Source: Deltaproteobacteria bacterium (GTDB lineage: Bacteria; Myxococcota_A; Polyangia; Fen-1088). From it: a DNA stretch of 64,000 bases. Under the pieces are notes generated by a model. The model searched no databases. It was not told the DNA's origin and saw only the letters and a list, made by a program, of their open reading frames with translations. The position numbers and the translations under genes are program-made. This document shows, piece after piece, positions 48,110 through 57,736 of this stretch. Each line of letters begins with the position of its first letter. Positions within the stretch are counted from its first letter, which is position 1. The DNA lies in assembly GCA_033763315.1 (NCBI GenBank), contig JANRKS010000002.1:96001-160000 (forward strand), read 5' to 3'.

Positions 48110-48472
48110 ATGGCGCGCATCATGACGATTGATGACTCTGTTTCGATGAGAAAGCTTGTCGCGGCAACGTTGGCCGCTGCCGGCCATGAGGTCGTGGAGG
48201 CCAGCAACGGCAGCGAAGGCCTGAGCCTCGCGAAGCAAGGCTTGGTGCAGCTTTTCATTAGCGACATCAACATGCCGGTCATGGACGGACTCGCATTCGT
48301 GAAAAGTTTGCGCACGATAGCCGCGTACAAGTTCACGCCCGTGCTGATGTTGACCACCGAGATGGATCCCGACAAAAAGAAGGTGGCCAAAGAGGCGGGG
48401 GCCACCGGGTGGCTGGTAAAGCCCTTCGATCCCGATCAGCTCCTGGCGACCATTCGCAAAGTTCTGGACTAG
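48110..48472 (+). CDS. cheY: CheY
   Basis: TIDDS, SDINMP, YKFTPVLMLTTE, GATGWLVKPF. Confidence 0.95.
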   Translation: MARIMTIDDSVSMRKLVAATLAAAGHEVVEASNGSEGLSLAKQGLVQLFISDINMPVMDGLAFVKSLRTIAAYKFTPVLMLTTEMDPDKKKVAKEAGATGWLVKPFDPDQLLATIRKVLD

Positions 48473-48480
48473 GTGGCGCC

Positions 48481-50487
48481 ATGGCACCCAGCCTTTCCGA
48501 ACTCCAACAGCAGCTGTTGGGTACATTCCTCGAAGAAAGTTATGAAGGCCTCGACAACCTCGAGTCGGGGCTTTTGGGCCTCGAGTCTTCTGAGGATGGC
48601 TCTGTGGCGATCAACGACATCTTCCGTGCCGCGCACTCGCTCAAAGGTGGCGCTGCAACCTTCGGCTTCGCGGGGCTCACCGAGCTTGCGCACGAGATGG
48701 AAACGGTGCTCGACGACGTGCGGGCCGGAAAACGCGTGGTCACACCCGCGCTGTCGTCCTTGCTCCTGCAAGGCGTCGATGGCTTACGCGCGCTGCTCGC
48801 TGACGTGCGCCAAGGGCTACCCGCGGACGCCACAGCTTTTGCCGCTCTGATAAGTCAGCTGCGCGCGGTTAGCAAACAGCCCAAGCACACCGACGCCCCG
48901 GTCACGTCGAAGTCTACGGTCGCTGCAACGCGCGCGGCTCCCGGCACATGGCACATCAAGCTGAAAGCCGCGGCGTCGATTCTGTCGTCAGGCAATGAAC
49001 CGCTGCGTTTGTTCCGAGAGCTTGGATCCCTAGGGCAGCTGCAAGTGAGCTGCGATGCCACCGACGTGCCGCCCCTGTCCACCTTGGAGCCGGAGACGTG
49101 TTACCTGTCGTGGGCGATGACGGTCAGCGGCAATATCACGCGGGGTCAAATCGAAGACGTTTTTGCGTGGGTGGCTGACGAATGCCAGCTAGACATCTCC
49201 TCCTCGGCCACGACCAAGGAAAGCGACCCCTCTGCCGCCAGCGCCGCCCCCGTCCGGGTTGAAAGCGGCGCGCGCAATGCAGAAGAGCCGCTTGAGTCCA
49301 TCCGTGTTTCGGTCGGCAAGGTTGACCAGCTCATGAACATGGTTGGCGAGCTGGTGATCACTCAGTCGATGCTGGGCGAGCTTGAGGACGATGGACCAAT
49401 CGATCGCGCCCGCTTGGCACGCATCCGCGAGGGGCTCAGCCTGCTAGCGCGCAACACGCGCTCGCTGCAAGACAGCGTGATGCGTTTGCGAAGCATTCCG
49501 GTGAGCATCGTCTTCGCGCGCTTTCCCCGCCTGGTGCGCGACACATCCCAGAGCCTAAACAAGAAGGTCGATCTGCGACTCACGGGCCAAACCACTGAAG
49601 TTGATAAGACGGTCTTGGAAAAGTTGTCCGATCCGTTGGTTCACCTGGTGCGCAATTCACTGGACCACGGCGTTGAGGGGCCGCAAGAGCGCCTGGCAGC
49701 GGGAAAGCCCGAATCTGGAACGATCGAGCTTCGTGCTTACCACCGCGGCGGCGACATCGTGGTCGAGGTGGAAGACGATGGCCGCGGCTTGTCGCGCGAG
49801 CGCATTCTCGACAAGGCGCGGCGGGTGGGCCTGGTGGCCGATGACGCCGACTTGGATGACAATGCCGTTTACGATCTAATATTCGCGCCTGGGTTTTCGA
49901 CGGCCGAGTCCGTCACCGATCTTTCGGGACGCGGCGTGGGCATGGACGTGGTCCGCAAGAACATCCGTACTTTGGGCGGCGACGTTTCGGTTACAACCAA
50001 ACCGGGCAAAGGCACCAAGGTCTGCCTGCGCGTGCCACTGACATTGGCCATCATCGACGGGCAGCTTGTGCGTTTGGGAGATTACCACTACGTGGTGCCG
50101 CTTTTGTCGATCGTGGAATCAATTCAAGTCGATCCCAAGTTCGTGATGCGGGTGGACGGACGAATCCCCGCCTATCGTTTGCGCGACGAGGTGGTTCGCA
50201 TGGTTGATTTGGCAAAAGTGCTTGCCATACCCGTTGCCAAGAATGAAGCCTCCGATCGCTTGATGGTTGTGGTCGAATCGGATGGCGAAAAGATCGGCTT
50301 GTTGGTGGATGAGTTGCTGGCCCAGCAACAAGTGGTGGTCAAGAGCCTCGAAACAAATTTCGATCACGTGGACGGTGTGTCCGGCGCCACCGTGTTGGGC
50401 GACGGCGGCATCGCTTTCATCTTGGACATTGTCGTTCTGGGACGACTTTCGCGCCGACGTTCGGCTTTAGGATTGGTGGCTGCATGA
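48481..50487 (+). CDS. cheA: CheA histidine kinase
   Basis: IFRAAHSLKGG, SIRV..KVD.LMNMVGELVI, HLVRNSLDHG, SGRGVGMDVV, PLTLAIIDG, GATVLGDG. Confidence 0.95.
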   Translation: MAPSLSELQQQLLGTFLEESYEGLDNLESGLLGLESSEDGSVAINDIFRAAHSLKGGAATFGFAGLTELAHEMETVLDDVRAGKRVVTPALSSLLLQGVDGLRALLADVRQGLPADATAFAALISQLRAVSKQPKHTDAPVTSKSTVAATRAAPGTWHIKLKAAASILSSGNEPLRLFRELGSLGQLQVSCDATDVPPLSTLEPETCYLSWAMTVSGNITRGQIEDVFAWVADECQLDISSSATTKESDPSAASAAPVRVESGARNAEEPLESIRVSVGKVDQLMNMVGELVITQSMLGELEDDGPIDRARLARIREGLSLLARNTRSLQDSVMRLRSIPVSIVFARFPRLVRDTSQSLNKKVDLRLTGQTTEVDKTVLEKLSDPLVHLVRNSLDHGVEGPQERLAAGKPESGTIELRAYHRGGDIVVEVEDDGRGLSRERILDKARRVGLVADDADLDDNAVYDLIFAPGFSTAESVTDLSGRGVGMDVVRKNIRTLGGDVSVTTKPGKGTKVCLRVPLTLAIIDGQLVRLGDYHYVVPLLSIVESIQVDPKFVMRVDGRIPAYRLRDEVVRMVDLAKVLAIPVAKNEASDRLMVVVESDGEKIGLLVDELLAQQQVVVKSLETNFDHVDGVSGATVLGDGGIAFILDIVVLGRLSRRRSALGLVAA

Positions 50488-50963
50488 GCCTTGCTGCTGT
50501 TGCTCCCTCCGCGGTGTCTCATGCCGCCTCAACGCTGCAGATCTTGACGTTCGTGGTCAATGGCGATGAGTACGGTGTTGACATTCTATCGGTGCAGGAG
50601 ATCCGAGGTTGGGCGCAACCCATGCCCATCCCGAACGCACCACCTTCCGTAAGAGGTGTGATAAACATCCGCGGAGAGATTGTGCCGATTGTTGATCTGC
50701 GCTCGATCCTCGGCTTGCCGGAGCGGCGGCCCGACGAAACAACTGTGGTTGTCGTGTTGCGCGATCACAACACGCCACCGCGTGTGCTTGGCACCATCGT
50801 CGATGCGATGGCCGACGTGATGGACATTACGCGCGAAGCCATTAAGCCGCTGCCAACGTTCGAGACCACCGGCGTGACGGTCGGCGTGGTCACTTTGCCA
50901 GAAAAGATGATCAGCTTGCTTAACCCCAATGCTTTGCTGCCACCGCGCAAGGCATCCGTTTAG
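50484..50963 (+). CDS. cheW: CheW
   Basis: EYGVDILSVQEIRG, GVINIRGEIVPIVDLR. Confidence 0.95.
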   Translation: MSLAAVAPSAVSHAASTLQILTFVVNGDEYGVDILSVQEIRGWAQPMPIPNAPPSVRGVINIRGEIVPIVDLRSILGLPERRPDETTVVVVLRDHNTPPRVLGTIVDAMADVMDITREAIKPLPTFETTGVTVGVVTLPEKMISLLNPNALLPPRKASV

Positions 50964-50972
50964 GAGGTTTGC

Positions 50973-51830
50973 GTGGATCGTCCTTTTGAGTTCGCGATGA
51001 CCGACTCAGACTTTTCTCGCGTGCGCGCGTTTGTAAAGCGGCAGTCCGGCATCGAATTAGGTGAGGCGAAGCGGATGCTGGTTTATGGCAGGCTGGCGCG
51101 CAGGCTGAGGCACCTTGGTCTGCAGAATTTCCGCACTTACATGGATCTGGTGGAAAAGGGTGGATCCGATGAGCCCAAACGCATGCTCAACGCGATCACC
51201 ACCAACGTTACCGAATTCTTTCGCGAGAACCACCACTTTGAGTTGCTGGAAAATCGCATTATCCCTGAGCTGATGGTTCGAAATGCCAAGGACAAGCGCA
51301 TCCGCATTTGGTCCGCGGGTTGCTCGACGGGCGAAGAGCCATACTCGATTGCCATGGTGTTGGCGCCGCATTTCCCCCCGGGCTGCGCTTGGGATGTGAA
51401 AGTGCTGGCCACTGACATAGATTCCGACGTGCTCGCGCACGGTGTGCGGGGCGAGTACGCCGCGGCTCGCATAACCAAGTTGCCGATCGAACTCAAGCGA
51501 CGCGGTTTCCTCAAAGGCGCAGGGGCCAATGCTGATCTTGTTCGCATCAAGCCGGAGATCCAAAGCTTTGTCACTTTTCGTCAGCTAAATCTTCTTGACG
51601 CGTGGCCGATGCGCGGCTCGTTCGATCTCATCTTTTGCCGCAACGTCGTCATCTATTTCGACTCCGAGACAAAAACGAAATTGGTTGGTCGATTCCTGCA
51701 CGTGCTGAGCGACACAGGGTATCTTTTCGTGGGCCATTCGGAATCGCTTGTGGGCGTGCAAACGGGCTTGCGGCCCGTGGGCCCAACGGCTCATCAAAAG
51801 CATCGTGACGTTGAGGGCCGCGTGTCATGA
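50973..51830 (+). CDS. cheR: CheR
   Basis: TTNVTEFFRE.HHF, IWSAGCSTGEEPYS, ATDID, FCRNVVIYF, GHSES. Confidence 0.95.
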   Translation: MDRPFEFAMTDSDFSRVRAFVKRQSGIELGEAKRMLVYGRLARRLRHLGLQNFRTYMDLVEKGGSDEPKRMLNAITTNVTEFFRENHHFELLENRIIPELMVRNAKDKRIRIWSAGCSTGEEPYSIAMVLAPHFPPGCAWDVKVLATDIDSDVLAHGVRGEYAAARITKLPIELKRRGFLKGAGANADLVRIKPEIQSFVTFRQLNLLDAWPMRGSFDLIFCRNVVIYFDSETKTKLVGRFLHVLSDTGYLFVGHSESLVGVQTGLRPVGPTAHQKHRDVEGRVS

Positions 51831-52456
51831 GCATCCCGGCCACGGCAAAACGTTTTCCTCCCGAAGCCTTGCCTGGTTTTGAGAAAGCTCACCGCTATTG
51901 GGAAGATTCAACGCAGTCGTGGATCGCGCAGATCCTGCCCGGAGAATACTACGTCACTATGTCCACTGAGGTCCTGGCCACCGTGCTTGGTTCATGCGTC
52001 TCAACTTGCATTCGCGACACCCGGACAGGCCTAGGCGGCATGAACCACTTCATGTTGCCGTACGATCCAGGGCGGGAGAAGGAAGGCGAGGCGATGCGCT
52101 ATGGTTGCTTCGCCATCGAACGGCTTATCAATGAACTGCTCAAGCGTGGCGCCAAGCGTGGTTACCTCGAGGTCAAGGTTTTCGGCGGTGGGCACGTCTT
52201 GCCCGGGGTTGCCGGCGATATAGGGAAGGCGAACGTCGAGTTTGTGCGCCAATACTTGCGTGATGAAGGTTTACCCGTCCGTTCTGAGGACGTCGGCGGA
52301 ACGTGTGGCCGACGGCTGCGCTATTTTCCCGCCACAGGCAAAGCACTGGTCAAACATCTGGAGATGAACGAAACCAGAGCCGTTGCGGTGCAAGAAACCG
52401 CGCACGAGCGAGCCCTTCGCATGAAGCGCGTTCATGGGGATGTGGAACTGTTCTAA
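51827..52456 (+). CDS. cheD: Chemoreceptor glutamine deamidase CheD
   Basis: [32 protein letters not shown]; ends GDVELF. Confidence 0.95.
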   Translation: MSIPATAKRFPPEALPGFEKAHRYWEDSTQSWIAQILPGEYYVTMSTEVLATVLGSCVSTCIRDTRTGLGGMNHFMLPYDPGREKEGEAMRYGCFAIERLINELLKRGAKRGYLEVKVFGGGHVLPGVAGDIGKANVEFVRQYLRDEGLPVRSEDVGGTCGRRLRYFPATGKALVKHLEMNETRAVAVQETAHERALRMKRVHGDVELF

Positions 52457-53499
52457 TGAGTGAACCGATTCGAGTCCTTGTGGTCGATGATTCCGCGCTG
52501 GTGCGCAAGCTTTTGACAAGCCTGCTGTCGTCCGATCCAGAGATTGAGGTGGTGGGCACGGCCTCCGAGCCGTTTGCGGCGCGCGAACTCATCAAGACGT
52601 TGAACCCTCACGTTCTGACCTTGGATGTCGAGATGCCCCGGATGGATGGCGTCACCTTCTTGCGCAATCTCATGCGCTTGCGGCCCATGCCGGTGGTCAT
52701 GGTGTCTTCACTCACCGAGCGTGGCGCCGACGTCACCCTGGAGGCCTTGTCGTTAGGCGCGGTTGATTATGTGGCGAAGCCAAAACTTGGGTTGGCGGAG
52801 GGCCTTGAACGCCTGTCAGACGAGATCATCGCGAAGGTAAAGATTGCGAGCAAAGCGAAGATTCGTCCGCGTGCTCAACCGACCACAGCAGAGCCGAGCC
52901 TTGTGGCGCCACGAATGTCGTTGCGAACGACGGATCGGGTGATCGCCATCGGTGCCTCCACAGGCGGCACGGAAGCGATTGCCGAGATCCTGCAGCAATT
53001 CCCTCCGGACTCTCCTGCCGTCGTCATCACCCAACACATACCCGAAGGGTTCAGCGAGCGTTTCGCCCTTCGCTTAAACGACTTGTGTGCCATGTCAGTC
53101 AAAGAGGCGCGGGATGGCGATCCTGTGATCGTGGGCTGCGCGTACGTGGCGCCCGGCAACCATCACTTGCGCGTGGTGCGCAGTGGCGCTCGTTATCTTT
53201 GCAAGGTCACGCAGGAAGATCCGGTGAACCGTCACAGACCCTCTGTTGACGTTCTGTTTGGATCCATCGCCCAGCACGTGGGGCCAAACGCCGTGGGCGT
53301 CATCTTGACCGGCATGGGTGCTGACGGCGCCGATGGTCTTGGGCTCATTCGTGCGGCGGGCTCTCCCACGATCGCGCAAGACAAAGAAAGCAGCGTCGTG
53401 TGGGGGATGCCAGGCGAAGCCACAAAGCGCGGCAACGCGATGGAAGTTCTACCTTTGGATAAGATCGCCAAGCGCGTGCTTACGCTTGCCACGCGCTAA
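52456..53499 (+). CDS. cheB: CheB
   Basis: Start ATG 52456 overlapping the cheD stop; REC plus [28 protein letters not shown]. Confidence 0.95.
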   Translation: MSEPIRVLVVDDSALVRKLLTSLLSSDPEIEVVGTASEPFAARELIKTLNPHVLTLDVEMPRMDGVTFLRNLMRLRPMPVVMVSSLTERGADVTLEALSLGAVDYVAKPKLGLAEGLERLSDEIIAKVKIASKAKIRPRAQPTTAEPSLVAPRMSLRTTDRVIAIGASTGGTEAIAEILQQFPPDSPAVVITQHIPEGFSERFALRLNDLCAMSVKEARDGDPVIVGCAYVAPGNHHLRVVRSGARYLCKVTQEDPVNRHRPSVDVLFGSIAQHVGPNAVGVILTGMGADGADGLGLIRAAGSPTIAQDKESSVVWGMPGEATKRGNAMEVLPLDKIAKRVLTLATR

Positions 53500-53515
53500 G
53501 CAACGAGCGGCTTCG

Positions 53516-53549
53516 AAAAAACAAACGGGCCCTCGTGTGAGAGCCCGTT
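53516..53549 (-). terminator. Intrinsic terminator
   Basis: AACGGGC.CTC-N4-GAG.GCCCGTT stem with an A-tract on its left (U-tract on the minus strand). Confidence 0.65.
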
Positions 53550-53570
53550 GTTCATTGCGTGACGCTGTGG

Positions 53571-54035
53571 CTATTGCGCGTCTGCGCCCGAGTCAGAACC
53601 TGCATCGCCGCCTGCATCGGTGCCACCGTCGCCCGGGGGCTTCAATTTCGCAGGGTTCACGCAGAGGAAGGTGTTCGCCGGCACACCAGCGAGGTACATG
53701 CTCACGTCTGTGCATGGGTCGCTTGCGGGACAAACACCCGGTTTCAGATTGCAGCCATAGTAGGTACATTGACCGGTGGCTGCGGTGGGCGGTGACTTCG
53801 CGCAATAGTTGGTCGCGCCGCCACAATCAGCAATGCTCGCGCAGACGGTGCCGAAATCAACCGAGCGCACGTCGCCCTTAGGCGCATCGCTACCCGTGTC
53901 TGCCGCACCTGTATCGGCTGATGCGTCGACGCCCGGAATAACCTCGTCGTCGTCATCACAGGCCACGCCCAAAGCGGCCACGCCCAACACAGCACATAGG
54001 CCCAAGGCCCAACGCAATTTCCCAATGTCCTTCAT
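53571..54035 (-). CDS. Cys-rich lipoprotein C (third paralog of 34412/34817)
   Basis: Lipobox GVAC, acidic linker, C-x5-C-x6-C-x11-C-x4-C-x6-C-x5-C-x16-C. Confidence 0.75.
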   Translation of the reverse strand: MKDIGKLRWALGLCAVLGVAALGVACDDDDEVIPGVDASADTGAADTGSDAPKGDVRSVDFGTVCASIADCGGATNYCAKSPPTAATGQCTYYGCNLKPGVCPASDPCTDVSMYLAGVPANTFLCVNPAKLKPPGDGGTDAGGDAGSDSGADAQ

Positions 54036-54186
54036 CGTTTCGTTTCCTCGAGGCTCAGTTGATGATACGCGCAGCCAACGCGCTGCGTCCGGCCGGAGTG
54101 TACATCAACTTTGCTGAAACTTGAAACGTCCTGCGTCGTTTTTTGCCGCAAGTGCAAAGTTATCAAAGGACCAAAAAGGTTGCGAG

Positions 54187-54228
54187 AGCGGGATATCGGG
54201 TTCGAACCGACGACATTCAGCTTGGGAA
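54187..54228 (-). repeat. 3' half of tRNA-Gly(CCC): att-site duplication
   Basis: Minus strand TTCCCAAGCTGAATGTCGTCGGTTCGAACCCGATATCCCGCT = anticodon loop, T-arm and acceptor 3' strand; no 5' half upstream. Confidence 0.8.
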
Positions 54229-54333
54229 TGTGAACAGACACCGTGTGCAGCCGTGACGGGGCGTGCCTGAAGTAAGGAATTCCGAGGAGTTCCGCGACCA
54301 GGCGCAACGGAGCGTCCCCACCCGTCACGGCCG

Positions 54334-54357
54334 CGGGGTGTGAAACGGGGTGTGAAA
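54334..54357 (+). repeat. 12-bp tandem direct repeat (possible integrase arm-type sites)
   Basis: CGGGGTGTGAAA x2, ~105 bp inside the att site. Confidence 0.55.
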
Positions 54358-54358
54358 G

Positions 54359-55072
54359 ATGGCTGGATCGACACGGCGCGCGTGGTGGTCGCGGCGGGAG
54401 GTGGAGAGGTATTTGGAGGTGAGCCGGGCGCGGGTGCGGCAGTTGGCGGCGGATGGGCGGCTGAAGGTGCGGCGGGGAGCGGCTGGTGCGTTCGAGTACC
54501 ACCGGGATTCTGTTCTCGCGTACGAGCGGCACCGCGACGGTATGCCTGGCTCGGGGCGGCGGGGTTTCGAGTTTGCGGACGTGCCCGTTTCGCCGGCCGT
54601 GTCTGGGGACCGGGCCACCCCGGGTGTCGCGGCGGACCCGCAGGCGCGACGAGGACGGCTGTTCGACGCGTTCGACGTCATGCGGCTGCAGTCCGCCGTG
54701 GACGGCCGATGGGACGGCCAGCACCCCGAGGGGTTGGTCCAGGCCATCAATCAGGTGAGGGACACCGAACGGTGGGTTGGCGAGGCACAGGCGGCGGTCC
54801 ACTACCAGCACGCGCTCGGCAGCCTCGAGCGCGAGAACACCCGGTTGCGTCGCGAGCGGGACAACTGGCGGCGGCGGGCGCAGCTCGATGCGCGCGAGCG
54901 CCGGCAGCGTGCCCGCTCTGTGGCGGTGCTGGCGCAGAGGACGGCGGGGGCGCGGGAACCGCTCGCGGAGTATATGTTGCAGCGTCTTTGGAAGCGGTTC
55001 CCGGATTTCTCGCTGTCGGATCAGCAGATTGAGGAGGCGCTTTCGGAAGAGCTCGCGGCCCTGCTACGGTGA
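54359..55072 (+). CDS. Excisionase/MerR-like HTH protein with coiled-coil C-terminus
   Basis: WWSRREVERYLEVSRARVRQLAADGRL winged-HTH pattern; LERENTRLRRERD coiled coil. Confidence 0.6.
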   Translation: MAGSTRRAWWSRREVERYLEVSRARVRQLAADGRLKVRRGAAGAFEYHRDSVLAYERHRDGMPGSGRRGFEFADVPVSPAVSGDRATPGVAADPQARRGRLFDAFDVMRLQSAVDGRWDGQHPEGLVQAINQVRDTERWVGEAQAAVHYQHALGSLERENTRLRRERDNWRRRAQLDARERRQRARSVAVLAQRTAGAREPLAEYMLQRLWKRFPDFSLSDQQIEEALSEELAALLR

Positions 55073-55273
55073 CGATCTGGGTATAGGTGTTACTGGACCC
55101 GCTTACCCATGGTCCACAGGACTAACGCGGGATGGCTGCCCGCGGCGTGGGATCTTCTATCGCGGCTGAGGGTTTTCTCTCGCCCATCGCGAAACAGTGT
55201 CCGGATCCACCACGCCTCGTTCGTCATGATTCTGGGAGCCCATCGCAAGCCCGCCGTAGAAGGAGAGCACCAA

Positions 55274-55615
55274 ATGCAAAAGTACATGTTCCTGTTCAGA
55301 GGTGGTGATGCTGCCCGCGCCGCGGCGTCGCCCGAGGAGATGCAGCAGCACCTAAGGAAGTGGGGGACGTGGTTCCGGGGGCTGGGTGACAAATTCAAAG
55401 GCGGCGAGCCGCTCGACATGACAGGCAAGGTCCTGCGTGGCACGGGCAAGGCGCTCAGCGACGGACCCTTCGCCGAGACCAAGGATCTCGTTGGCGGCTA
55501 TGCCATCGTCGAGGCGTCAAGCCTCGAGGATGCGGTGGAGATCGCCCGCGGCTGCCCCATTTTCGAGCACGATGGCATCCTGGAGGTGCGGCCAATCCGT
55601 GAGATGAAGATGTGA
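55274..55615 (+). CDS. YciI/DGPF-domain protein
   Basis: DGPFAETKDLVGGY, EVRPI; AGGAG RBS. Confidence 0.9.
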   Translation: MQKYMFLFRGGDAARAAASPEEMQQHLRKWGTWFRGLGDKFKGGEPLDMTGKVLRGTGKALSDGPFAETKDLVGGYAIVEASSLEDAVEIARGCPIFEHDGILEVRPIREMKM

Positions 55616-56883
55616 CGGGAACCCCCGAGGAACTGGTCGACCATCTGTTCCGGCACCAGTCCGGGCGGATGGTCGCCGTTCTCACTCGCATCGTGGGACC
55701 GGCCAACATCTCGCTCGCGGAGGACATCGTCCAGGATGTCCTTTGCGACGCGCTCGAGACCTGGAAATTCGGCCGCTTGCCTGAAAACCCGGCGGCCTGG
55801 CTGATGCAGGCTGCGCGGCATCGCGCGATCGATCTCGTCCGCAGGGCTGGGCGGTTTTCCGCGCTGTCGGGCGAGCTCCGACGGCACCTGGAGTCGCAGC
55901 AGCAACTGATCACTGCCATTGATAATCTATTCGGCGAATCGGCGATCGACGATGGCGTCCTGGCGCTGGCCTTTGCCTGCTGCCACCCCGACCTCCAACC
56001 CGATTCACAGGTCACCATCATCCTGAAGTACCTCTGCGGTTTCAGCGTGCGCGAGATCGCGCATGCCTTCTTGGTATCCGAGCAGACCATCGAGAAGAGG
56101 CTGACGAGGGGGCGGGCTGCGCTGAAGTCGCAGATCGCGCTCGACCTCGATCTAGGGCACGGGCTGGAAACGGCTCGGCTCGGATCCGTCCTGCGCGCCA
56201 TTTATCTCCTCTTCAACGAGGGTTATCACGGCGCCAACGAGTCGTTCCCGATCCGCGAGGAACTCTGTTCCGAAGCGCTGCGTCTCGGACTTCTGCTCGC
56301 GACCCGCCCGCCGTTCGATGGGCCCGAGACCAAGGCGTTGGTCGCGCTCTTGTTCCTGCACGGAGCGCGGCTGCCGGGCAGGGTCGACGAAGAGCAGTAC
56401 CTCGTGACGCTGGCCGAACAGGATCGTTCGCGCTGGGATCGCGACCTCATCCAACGAGGCCTATTCTGGTTGGGCGAATCCGCTGCGGGCGATTCTGTGA
56501 GCGAATACCACATCGAGGCGGCAATCGCTGCCCACCATGTCGTCGCGCCCAGCGTGGAGGGAACCGACTGGGGTGAAATACGCACGCTCTACGCGGCTCT
56601 CGCGCAACTGCGGCCATCACCGGTGATCGCCTTGAACCACGCGATCGCCGCCGGCATGGCTGACGGACCCTCGGCGGGGCTGGCCGCGCTCAACTCCATC
56701 GGGGGCAAGGAACGGTTGCAAGCGTACCCCTTCTTTCACGCGGCGCTAGCCGAGTTCCAGGGGCGTCTCGGCGACCTGAGTGCCGCGCGGAGGTCCCTCG
56801 ATCGCGCGATCGCGGCAGCGCGCAACCCGAGGGAACGCGTCCTGCTGCAAGACAGAAGGTTAGCGCTGGGGGAGAATTCATGA
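55612..56883 (+). CDS. ECF42-type sigma factor with C-terminal TPR extension
   Basis: AEDIVQD, P.NPAAWL, FACCHP, IYLLFNEGY, QDRSRWD, SPVIALN; downstream of DGPF gene. Confidence 0.9.
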   Translation: MTGTPEELVDHLFRHQSGRMVAVLTRIVGPANISLAEDIVQDVLCDALETWKFGRLPENPAAWLMQAARHRAIDLVRRAGRFSALSGELRRHLESQQQLITAIDNLFGESAIDDGVLALAFACCHPDLQPDSQVTIILKYLCGFSVREIAHAFLVSEQTIEKRLTRGRAALKSQIALDLDLGHGLETARLGSVLRAIYLLFNEGYHGANESFPIREELCSEALRLGLLLATRPPFDGPETKALVALLFLHGARLPGRVDEEQYLVTLAEQDRSRWDRDLIQRGLFWLGESAAGDSVSEYHIEAAIAAHHVVAPSVEGTDWGEIRTLYAALAQLRPSPVIALNHAIAAGMADGPSAGLAALNSIGGKERLQAYPFFHAALAEFQGRLGDLSAARRSLDRAIAAARNPRERVLLQDRRLALGENS

Positions 56884-57320
56884 GAGTAGACGTGTCGAGC
56901 GACATCGTGATTCAGAGACCACCCGCGATCGTGGCGGCCTTCGCCGCCAACCCGGACAACGCGCCCGCGTGGTACGTGAACATCAAAGCGGTGCAGTGGC
57001 GCTCGCCGCCGCCGCTGAAGGTCGGTGCGCGGGTGGCCTTCGTCGCGCAGTTTCTTGGCCGGCGGCTTGCCTATACGTATGAGATCGCGGAATACGTTCC
57101 CGAGACGCGCATGGTCATGCGGACGACCGAAGGCCCGTTCCCGATGCAGACGTCCTACACATGGGAGGCTGCCGGCGACAGCGAGACGCTCATGACCCTC
57201 CGGAATCGCGGCGAACCGTCGGGGTTCGGCAAGTTGATGGTGCCGTTCATGGTGGCCGCCATGAGGCGGGCGAACCGAAGGGACCTGGCGAGGCTGAAAG
57301 ACTTGCTCGAGGGGGAATGA
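56880..57320 (+). CDS. SRPBCC (START-like) protein
   Basis: V..FAANPDNAP.WY, GPFPM.T.Y.W, DL.RLK.LLE. Confidence 0.85.
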   Translation: MRVDVSSDIVIQRPPAIVAAFAANPDNAPAWYVNIKAVQWRSPPPLKVGARVAFVAQFLGRRLAYTYEIAEYVPETRMVMRTTEGPFPMQTSYTWEAAGDSETLMTLRNRGEPSGFGKLMVPFMVAAMRRANRRDLARLKDLLEGE

Positions 57321-57358
57321 GGTATGGCAGCCCGGTGCCTTCACCGGTGCGGCCGCCG

Positions 57359-57736
57359 CTACCGGTTGCGTGGGCGCGGCTGGCGTCGGTCCTTGCCGGC
57401 ACCGGATTTTTTGGCGAGCAACGCGCCCTCCCGGAGCAGCGCGCCCCACCGCCGACGATCGGGCTCCGGCACGGATACCCATTCCTTGAAGACTCTCCCT
57501 GCGGGAGCAAACGGCTGCCCCGTGCCCGCGGCGACGAGCGCAGCGACACGCTCCGCCGTGAGCTTGACCACCAACCCCGAGCCCTTGTAGTCGACGAGCG
57601 CCAGGAACTCCTCGCCCACGCGAAGGCAGCGCCCGTTCATGATCGTCCCTTCCACGACGGTCGGGCTCTCCCTCATGAGCTCTGCGGCGAGGCTCCAAAA
57701 TAGACGCTCTGTTTTCGATTCTTCTTGTCGCTTCAC
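57359..57736 (-). CDS. TfoX/YjbR-like small protein
   Basis: LVVKL..ERV.ALVA.G.G..F..GRVFKEWVSVP; paralog of 60834. Confidence 0.6.
   Translation of the reverse strand: MKRQEESKTERLFWSLAAELMRESPTVVEGTIMNGRCLRVGEEFLALVDYKGSGLVVKLTAERVAALVAAGTGQPFAPAGRVFKEWVSVPEPDRRRWGALLREGALLAKKSGAGKDRRQPRPRNR

Noticed and set aside
54187-54270. Intact tRNA-Gly gene
   Set aside because: The 5' acceptor strand and D-arm are absent and the anticodon stem cannot pair fully; treated as an att fragment
54032-55032. ORFs 54032-54811(-) and 54340-55032(+)
   Set aside because: Arg/Pro/Gly-rich frame shadows crossing the att site or overlapping the HTH gene
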